DNA of 12,140 nt from Candidatus Hydrogenedentota bacterium (lineage in GTDB: Bacteria > Hydrogenedentota > Hydrogenedentia > Hydrogenedentales > GCA-2746185), in contig JAYGCN010000270.1 in assembly GCA_046583315.1 (NCBI GenBank), positions 1-12,140 on the forward strand. Direction: 5' to 3'. Positions 1 through 11,200 of this stretch are shown here, one piece after another. The notes under the pieces are model-generated. The model ran no database searches, had not been told where the DNA came from, and saw nothing but the letters and a program-made list of their open reading frames with translations. Each line of letters begins with the position of its first letter. Position 1 is the first letter of the stretch. Made by a program: the position numbers and the translations under genes.

Positions 1-55
1 AGTCAAAATAACCTCTCCAGGGGATGTAGTTGGACTGAATCATGCCGACTTTCAC
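1..55 (-). CDS. WbqC-family protein, N-terminal fragment (runs off the left edge of the window)
   Basis: Manual translation from GTG at 55-53 gives MKVGMIQSNYIPWRGYFD, which matches the N-terminal QxNY(I/L)PW(K/R)GYFD signature of WbqC-like proteins. An AAAGG SD-like sequence lies at 69-65 and an in-frame TAG lies just upstream (61-59). Not in the ORF track. Confidence 0.8.
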   Translation of the reverse strand, partial: MKVGMIQSNYIPWRGYFD

Positions 56-111
56 GTGCTAGAACCTTTCGGCTACGCTACACTGTTGACTCAACACGGC
101 CAAAAGGGTCA

Positions 112-1074
112 TCAATCAGCCTTTGCCGATCGCCTGACAACATATTGACTGCCGTACGTGGTCGCGCGAAGGATGCGAACCATGTATTGCCCGATGATGC
201 CCAGCGACACCATGAGAATACCAGAGTAGAAGGACAGAAGAACAACAATCGTGGTAAATCCTGGAACGCCAATCTGCTGGGTTACATTCAGATAGATGGC
301 GTAGGCTCCGTATCCCATCGACAAGAACGAAGCGATGGCACCTACGACGCTCATCAACTGCAGCGGCATCGAACTAAAGTTGAATACATGATTCGATGCC
401 AGCGCGACCAGTTTGTAGATTGAATAGCCAGAGCGTCCGTATTTCCTGGCTTCGCTCCGCACGACCACGTTGTCGATATTCGAAGTATTCATGCAGATGA
501 GAGAGCAGGTCGTGATTTTGTTTCCCCGGTAAGCGACCAGCGCATCGCGCACGTGGCGATCCAGCAAAATAAAACTCGAGAATCGGATATTCTGGGGTTT
601 CTTAATCAATACATTCATCAGCTTTCCAAAAAAATAGCTCCCGATATTTCGAAAGAGGGAATGCTCGCGCTTCTTCGATACGCCGATGAGTACGTCGAGT
701 CGATCATTGGCCTCCAGCTCCGAGATCAACATCGGAATGTCCTCCGGCGCATGTTGCAGGTCATCGTCCATAATGACAATTCGCCTTCCACGGGCCTCAT
801 TTAGCCCGCACATGGTCGCATTCTGTTGACCCGAATTCCGCATCAACTGAAGCCCCACTACCTGGGGATTGGTTTCATGCAAGGATTGGATAGTCGCCCA
901 CGTCTCCGTATTCGGCGATGCATCGTCAATCAGAATCAACTCAAAGGTAGCCTCGAGTGTAGTCGAGAAAACAGTATGTATTCGCTCGTAAAGTTCTGCA
1001 AGCGATTCAACACTGTTGTAAACCGGAACCACGACCGAATAATCGACCTCTTGGCTTGGCGTTTCGTCGGGCAT
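112..1074 (-). CDS. Family 2 glycosyltransferase, polyprenol-phosphate glycosyltransferase type (ArnC/GtrB/DPM1-like)
   Basis: 320 aa with SVVVPVYN, LILIDDAS, RNSGQQNA, IMDDDLQHAPEDIP (DxD) and RKYGRSGYS motifs, plus two C-terminal hydrophobic helices. The donor sugar cannot be determined from sequence. Confidence 0.9.
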   Translation of the reverse strand: MPDETPSQEVDYSVVVPVYNSVESLAELYERIHTVFSTTLEATFELILIDDASPNTETWATIQSLHETNPQVVGLQLMRNSGQQNATMCGLNEARGRRIVIMDDDLQHAPEDIPMLISELEANDRLDVLIGVSKKREHSLFRNIGSYFFGKLMNVLIKKPQNIRFSSFILLDRHVRDALVAYRGNKITTCSLICMNTSNIDNVVVRSEARKYGRSGYSIYKLVALASNHVFNFSSMPLQLMSVVGAIASFLSMGYGAYAIYLNVTQQIGVPGFTTIVVLLSFYSGILMVSLGIIGQYMVRILRATTYGSQYVVRRSAKAD

Positions 1075-1166
1075 GTTAAGCGACTCTCAATCCGGGTGTT
1101 ATTACCAAAGCGCAACGCATGAGATGCGAATTGCTTGAGCGGGATTCGTGACCTTCGTCTAATGAG

Positions 1167-1195
1167 AAAATATCATGAGCGCAGTCGAAATGCAA
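1167..1195 (-). promoter_or_regulatory. Candidate sigma70 promoter for the GT2/wbqC cluster
   Basis: Minus strand TTGCAT (1195-1190), a 17-nt spacer ending in TGA (extended -10 TGn), then TATTTT (1172-1167), in the 163-nt gap between czcA and the GT2 gene. Consensus match only. Confidence 0.3.
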
Positions 1196-1237
1196 CTGAG
1201 CAATTCTGATTCACTTCTCAATGAGTTCATCGCAATT

Positions 1238-5912
<4,675 letters not shown>

Positions 5913-5913
<1 letters not shown>

Positions 5914-7346
5914 TATTCCACCGCCTCCGTTACATCCTCAGCTGAAAAATCATCCAAATGACTACCCAGTAATCGCTCCAAATCAACAACACCAAGCTGA
6001 TACTCGGCCATTGCCTCCATGTGCTGGTTGCGCACAATAAACAATGTTCGTTGGGCATCCAGCACGCTCAGATAGGGAAACTTCCCCAACTCGAATCCAG
6101 TCTTGGTCGCTTCATAAGCCTTGAACGCAATGGGCACGACATCAGTTTCGAGTGTACGCACTTCGGACAAAATACCATTCATTTTTTCATGCTGGCTGGT
6201 TACGCGTCCCAACAGATTCGCTTGTTTCGCTCGTCGACGGTACGAGGCCTCACTCACGCGGTGCTCCGCTTCACGAACGCTTCCTTGATTCCGGTTAAAG
6301 ATTTGCAGGGGAATCGAAAAACCCAGTACAAACGAATTCTCCCGATTGTCCTCAAAACTGGATCGATCACGACCGGAAAGTATCCCGTTTCCATCAAACG
6401 ATGTCGACGATGAATCCGCTAAGCCCGTGCTTCGCCATCCCGCGCTCACCGTCACGTCCGGCTTGCCAAGCGCTCGTTCCAGATGAACCGCCTCCTCACG
6501 GCGTATGACCTCCGCACTCCATCGCGCCAGCTCAGGAGTCTCGAGCAGGGATTTTTCCAGACTGGAGCGATCCGGCAAAGAAACCACTTTCGAGAGATCG
6601 CCTATTGCACGTCCGGCATCAGTCGACGCGCCTCCCCATTGCGCCGCCAACGTCGCACGCGCCGCATTCAGTTCGCGCTCAGCCTTTGCCAACGAAATGC
6701 GTGCCTGCGCAAGAAGAATGTCAGCACGATTTCCTTCCAACGGACTTATCTTTCCGCTATCGATACGCTCATGCACAGTTTTGCTCGCAGCACCCGCCAT
6801 CTCAATGAGCTCTTGCTGCAAAGCCATTCGTTCCTGCCCGGCCAAGACCTCGATGAATGCGTGGCGCGTATCCGCAATGATGTCCGCGCGTGCAATCTCA
6901 TAGTCCCAAAGCGCGACCCGCGTAGCCTGATTCGCGAGTGCTATCCGCTTTGAACGTTTTTGACCCAACTCGAAACGCTGTGATACGGACACGGTAATTT
7001 CCGAACCATCAAAACCGTCATTATCAACGCCGCTGACCGATCGGCCAGTGACCAATCCCCCGCCATCGGTGGTCACCGTATCCGAATCCGGACCGTCAGA
7101 AAATCTGAGCTCCTCCATTTCGAATGAAAGCTCGGGATTGGGGCGCAGTCCGGCCTGAAGCACCGCAGCTTCCGAAGCATTGACGGACGCACGCAAGGCG
7201 ATCAATGCTGGATGCTGCCGCAAGGCACGTTCAACGGCTTCACGTTCAGAAATCGAGCTTTGCGCTACGGATACCTGCGAAAAAATAAGACAAAATGCGA
7301 ACACCCTTATCGATAGACACAAATTCCTTGACATAAAAATACACAC
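5913..7346 (-). CDS. czcC: TolC-family outer membrane efflux protein (CzcC-like)
   Basis: 477 aa. Signal peptide (..VSVA|Q), QAGLRPNPEL, SQRFELGQKRSKR, SIPLQIFNRNQG and GFELGKFPYLSVLDAQRTL. GTG start 8 nt after AAGGAG (7360-7355). First gene of a CBA arrangement. Confidence 0.9.
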
Positions 7347-7347
7347 G

Positions 7348-7426
7348 TTGAATTCTCCTTTTGATGAAGGAACAAGAGGAGAATCAAGTTCTCCTCTCCA
7401 CAGACAAACAAGCGCTGCGGAAAGGA
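7348..7426 (-). promoter_or_regulatory. Putative translational attenuator (four alternative pairing segments) controlling the czcC ribosome-binding site
   Basis: On the mRNA, seg1 UCCUUUCCGCAG (7426-7415) pairs with seg2 CUGUGGAGAGGA (7403-7392) over 12 bp with 2 G-U. AGAGGAGAA (7397-7389) pairs perfectly with UUCUCCUCU (7383-7375). UUGAUUCUCCUCUUG (7387-7373) pairs with CAAAAGGAGAAUUCAA (7363-7348), which contains the SD. Confidence 0.7.
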
Positions 7427-7879
7427 TTAACGTTGAAGCAGAACGCTCCGGAGAGATACGAGGCTATACGAGAGAGACTTGCGTGAATCGGAATTCGGGA
7501 GCCGATGGAGCCTAAAAGAGACGTTCAATTCAGTGAGCAGTGAACCAATGGACGGGAGCAACAAATCATCATGTACCGCATGGCGCGTAGAAACCGCACT
7601 AAATTCCTCATGTTCTGCCAAAGGAATATCGCTGCAGTCCCCACAATGGTCACCTCCGGCGTTATTGAAGCGTGCACTTTCATAGCGGAATTCGCCAGCA
7701 CGATGTTTCGCCTCTGAAGCAATCACGGACGAGCAATCGCCATCACTGGCCGCCTCAACCTCCGAATGCCCATCCGCGCCAATACACAAGACAAGACTGC
7801 TGGCATGAGGGGCGTGCAAAATACCCAGGAAAACCGTGACGATGCACAGGCTCGACGTAAATTTCGTTTTCAGCCACAT
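7427..7879 (-). CDS. Hypothetical exported Cys/His-motif protein upstream of czcC (CzcI-like position; candidate metal-sensing leader ORF), about 150 aa
   Basis: From ATG 7879: basic then hydrophobic N-terminus (MWLKTKFTSSLCIVTVFLGILHAPHASS), LCIGADGHSEVE, DGDC, HCGDCSDIPL, and C-terminal SLRSVLLQR. The ORF-track start (TTG 7915) coincides with the predicted -35 box and is probably not used. Confidence 0.7.
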   Translation of the reverse strand: MWLKTKFTSSLCIVTVFLGILHAPHASSLVLCIGADGHSEVEAASDGDCSSVIASEAKHRAGEFRYESARFNNAGGDHCGDCSDIPLAEHEEFSAVSTRHAVHDDLLLPSIGSLLTELNVSFRLHRLPNSDSRKSLSYSLVSLRSVLLQR

Positions 7880-7886
7880 ACTCACT

Positions 7887-7921
7887 ACTGTAAACCTTAT
7901 CCAAATCAAGATCAAAAAAAA
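7887..7921 (-). promoter_or_regulatory. Candidate sigma70 promoter for the leader ORF-czcCBA transcript, predicting a leaderless mRNA
   Basis: Minus strand T-tract running into TTGATC (7915-7910), exactly 17 nt, TACAGT (7892-7887), then 7 nt to ATG 7879. No good SD precedes that ATG. Confidence 0.55.
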
Positions 7922-8122
7922 TGCACGATGTCTAAGGCAATGAAACCCATGACAGACACCACAGGTTCCATATAAATCGTCAGAATCGGCTCGTGGCGTG
8001 CCTCAACACCACCACGAATCGGTTGGATGGACGATACGAACCCAATTCATCCCATGACGGTATCGTGACAGAATGAGTGTCCCGCAATCCCAATGCGCTG
8101 CGCGTCACCGACCGAAATATGA

Positions 8123-8620
8123 TTACTCGAGCAGCTGCGTTTCGGTATTCTCGTGGTGCGGCTGCAAGGACTGATGCATCTCCAGGGTTCGCACGACGGC
8201 GTTCCAGCGGAAATACGCTTCGTCATTCCCCTTCGGACGCCCCTTGGCAGCCTTGTCAAAGAATTCCAGTGCTTCCTGGAACCAATCGTACGCGACATGC
8301 GCCGAACTCATGGTATCCATCTTGAAGTGTGCGCGCGCTCGTCGCTCACACAGCAGACCGGAGTAATAGTTGCGATCATACCCGCTCTTCAATTCATCCA
8401 CCAGAAGTTGCGCCTCTTCAAAGGCATGCATCCGCTCAGGCAACTGATCGGAAAGCGAGAGGATTAACATGATCTGAGCGTCGTGGTTTTCGGAATCCAC
8501 CGCGAGGATATCCAAACACAAACTTTCGGCTTCGTTGGGCTCGTTGAGTAATCGATACCTCTCGGCCATCGCCAATGCTCGCGGAACCGAAGCCTTCGAG
8601 ATTTTCTTAAGCTGTTTCAT
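8123..8620 (-). CDS. Hypothetical all-helical (TPR-like) protein, fourth gene of the sdh operon
   Basis: 165 aa. ATG with AAGGAG (8633-8628) directly after the sdhB stop. TPR-like helix pairs (AERYRLLNEPNEAESLCLDILAVDSENHDAQIML; AYDWFQEALEFFDKAAKGRPKGNDEAYFRWN). No signal peptide or TM segment is apparent. Confidence 0.8.
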   Translation of the reverse strand: MKQLKKISKASVPRALAMAERYRLLNEPNEAESLCLDILAVDSENHDAQIMLILSLSDQLPERMHAFEEAQLLVDELKSGYDRNYYSGLLCERRARAHFKMDTMSSAHVAYDWFQEALEFFDKAAKGRPKGNDEAYFRWNAVVRTLEMHQSLQPHHENTETQLLE

Positions 8621-8633
8621 CGAAATTCTCCTT

Positions 8634-9377
8634 CTATTTCTTGATCATCCGAATGATCTTACGTATGGGATCGTAGAAATCATCAGCCACACGTTCTTTG
8701 AGCGGGATGATGGCATTGTCGGTGATCAAAATCCCCTCCGGGCACACCGTCGTGCAACATTTCGTGATGTTGCAGTAACCGATTCCATATTCGTCTTTGA
8801 GTTCCTTCGTTCGTTTCTCCGTATCCAGCGGCTGCATTTCCATTCCAGCAGTGTACACCAGAAATCGCGGTCCAATAAATTTGTCATGCAGCTTATGTTC
8901 GCGTAGAACATGGCATACATCCTGACAAAGATAACATTCGATGCATTTGCGAAACTCCTGGACGCGTTCGGTGTCCATGGTATGAATGTTCCACGTTCCG
9001 TCTTCATGGTCCGCGGGTCTCGGCGTAAACTTTTGTATCTTTTCCTTCACGCGATAGTTCCAGGAAACGTCGCAAACCAGGTCTTTCTGTACGGGGAATG
9101 CCTGCATAGGCTCGATCGTGATCGTCTCATCAAGAGGTAGATCACTCATCCGCGTCATGCACATCAGTTTGGGGCGACCGTTGATTTCAGCGGAACAGGA
9201 ACCGCATTTCCCCGCCTTACAATTCCAACGCACGGCCAGGTCATTCGCAGATTCAGCCTGAATCTGGTGAACCGCATCGAGCACGACCATGCCCTCGGAG
9301 ATTTCTGTCGTATATTCCTCGAAATCACCGCCGCTCTCATCGCCACGCCAAATACTGAATCGTGCTTCAGCCATCAC
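8634..9377 (-). CDS. sdhB: Succinate dehydrogenase/fumarate reductase iron-sulfur subunit (Rv0247c/Sdh1-like)
   Basis: CKAGKCGSC...LMC ([2Fe-2S]), CIECYLCQDVC and CNITKCCTTVCP ([4Fe-4S]/[3Fe-4S]) motifs. The start is GTG 9377 or ATG 9374, both overlapping the sdhA stop, with GAGGAG upstream. Confidence 0.92.
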   Translation of the reverse strand: MMAEARFSIWRGDESGGDFEEYTTEISEGMVVLDAVHQIQAESANDLAVRWNCKAGKCGSCSAEINGRPKLMCMTRMSDLPLDETITIEPMQAFPVQKDLVCDVSWNYRVKEKIQKFTPRPADHEDGTWNIHTMDTERVQEFRKCIECYLCQDVCHVLREHKLHDKFIGPRFLVYTAGMEMQPLDTEKRTKELKDEYGIGYCNITKCCTTVCPEGILITDNAIIPLKERVADDFYDPIRKIIRMIKK

Positions 9378-11200
9378 GCGTTCTCCTCGATAATGCTGGT
9401 TTGTTCGCTCGTGAGTGTCTTTATCGGTACTTGTCGAATAACCATGCTGCCATCTGACTGTTTATTGATGATGATATTGACCTTGGCAAATTCATCGCTT
9501 TTGTCGGGATAATCGTCCCGAAAATGCGCACCGCGACTTTCCTTGCGCTCGATACCCGCCCGTGTTGCCGCCTCAGCCACCGTGAGAAGATTCTGGAGAT
9601 CCAAAGCCGTGTGCCATCCGGGATTGTACTGGCGATTTCCGCACGCCGCAACGGTCTTAACGCGTTCATTCAGCTGCCCTATTTTGTCGAGCGCTTCCTT
9701 CATGTCATCCTCAACGCGGACAATCCCGACTTGTTCCTGCATGAAGTCCTGCAATTCGTACTGTATCTGGTAGGGGTTTTGCGCGTCACCCGATGTTTCT
9801 TCAAAACGCTCCAAAGGCGCCAAGGCTTGCTGCGTGAGATCGTTGATGACATCGTCGCTCGTCGTGGAATGGTCATATTCCTTGGCGTGAAGCGCAGCGT
9901 TTTCGCCGGCCCTGTTTCCAAATACGAGAAGATCGGACAAGGAGTTACCGCCCAATCGATTGGCTCCGTGCAGACCGGCCGCACATTCGCCCGCTGCATA
10001 AAGTCCCTGGACCGTCGACATTTGCGTATCCGCATCAACATGAATCCCGCCCATCGCATAGTGCGTCGTGGGGCCTACTTCCATCGCCTCTTTGGTGATG
10101 TCGATTCCGGCGAGTTCCTTGAATTGGTGGTACATGCTGGGCAGTTTTTTCTTGATATGCTCTTCGGCTTTCGGAAGATGTTCCTTAATCCACGAGATAT
10201 CCAGAAAGACGCCTCCATGCGGACTGCCTTTCCCCTCTTTAATCTGTTTTACGATACAACGGGCGACGTGGTCCCTCGTCAACAGTTCAGGCGGACGACG
10301 CGCATCCCGATCCCCTTGCGTGTAGCGCCACCCTTCGTCTTCGTTGTCAGCGGTCGAACTCACGTATAAGTCCGGAATGTCATCGAACATGAAACGGCGG
10401 CCTTCGCTGTTGGTCAAAACGCCGCCTTCACCGCGAACGCCTTCGGTCACGAGAATGCCGCGTACACTAGGCGGCCACACCATGCCGGTCGGATGAAACT
10501 GAATGAATTCCATGTCTATCAGTTCGGCACCGGCATCGTAGGCGAGCGTATGCCCGTCTCCGGTATATTCCCAACTATTGCTGGTTACTTTGTAGGCACG
10601 TCCGAATCCACCGGTAGCCATAATCACGGCCTTGGCTTTGAACAGGCGGAATCGGCCTTTCTCCCGCTCATAAGCGAAAACACCCGTAACCCGGTCCCCG
10701 TCCTTCAGCAGGCGGTACACGGTAAATTCCATGTGGAATTCGATTCCCTGATGAATTCCGTGATCCTGTAGCGTGCGAATCATTTCCAGGCCCGTGCGAT
10801 CACCGACATGCGCAAGTCGCGGGTATTTGTGACCACCGAAATTGCGCTGAAGAATCTTCCCTTCCTTTGTGCGATCAAATAAGGCACCCCACGCTTCCAG
10901 CTCGCGAACTCGATCCGGCGCTTCACGAGCATGTAACTCGGCCATCCGCGAATTATTCAGATATTGACCGCCGCGCATCGTATCGGCGAAGTGGACCTTC
11001 CAGCTGTCGCGTTCGTCGACGTTGGCCATGGCAGCAGCGACACCGCCTTCTGCCATTACGGTATGCGCCTTGCCCAAAAGCGACTTGCAAATCACGCCAA
11101 CTTTTACACCGGAGGCCGATGCCCTGATCGCCGCACTTAATCCTGCGCCGCCGGCACCGATTACCAATACGTCATATTCGAAAGTTTCAATGTCCGCCAC
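9374..11200 (-). CDS. sdhA: Succinate dehydrogenase/fumarate reductase flavoprotein subunit (Rv0248c/Sdh1-like), about 608 aa
   Basis: GAGGAG FAD-binding motif, KAHTVMAEGG (covalent-FAD His), QFHPT, TEGVRGEGG, RDHVAR, HYAMGGI, HGANRLGGNSL and RKESRGAHFRDDYP. Start revised to GTG 11200, which overlaps the upstream TAG (TAGTG), with GGAGA 8 nt upstream. Confidence 0.95.
   Translation of the reverse strand: MADIETFEYDVLVIGAGGAGLSAAIRASASGVKVGVICKSLLGKAHTVMAEGGVAAAMANVDERDSWKVHFADTMRGGQYLNNSRMAELHAREAPDRVRELEAWGALFDRTKEGKILQRNFGGHKYPRLAHVGDRTGLEMIRTLQDHGIHQGIEFHMEFTVYRLLKDGDRVTGVFAYEREKGRFRLFKAKAVIMATGGFGRAYKVTSNSWEYTGDGHTLAYDAGAELIDMEFIQFHPTGMVWPPSVRGILVTEGVRGEGGVLTNSEGRRFMFDDIPDLYVSSTADNEDEGWRYTQGDRDARRPPELLTRDHVARCIVKQIKEGKGSPHGGVFLDISWIKEHLPKAEEHIKKKLPSMYHQFKELAGIDITKEAMEVGPTTHYAMGGIHVDADTQMSTVQGLYAAGECAAGLHGANRLGGNSLSDLLVFGNRAGENAALHAKEYDHSTTSDDVINDLTQQALAPLERFEETSGDAQNPYQIQYELQDFMQEQVGIVRVEDDMKEALDKIGQLNERVKTVAACGNRQYNPGWHTALDLQNLLTVAEAATRAGIERKESRGAHFRDDYPDKSDEFAKVNIIINKQSDGSMVIRQVPIKTLTSEQTSIIEENA

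Noticed and set aside
1162..1176. ATGAGAAAATATCAT as a Fur/Zur-like box over the GT2 promoter
   Set aside because: Only partial dyad symmetry, with spacing that does not fit the Fur consensus; plausible by chance in AT-rich DNA.
7375..7397. Reading the 9-bp hairpin before czcC as a simple intrinsic terminator
   Set aside because: It is followed on the mRNA only by an interrupted U-tract (UGUUCCUU), and both arms have longer alternative partners including the SD. Translational control explains it better, although a termination contribution cannot be excluded.
7991..8017. Imperfect inverted repeat TCGTGG...CCACGA downstream of the sdh operon as a terminator
   Set aside because: The stem is interrupted and has no U-tract on the minus strand; not supportable.
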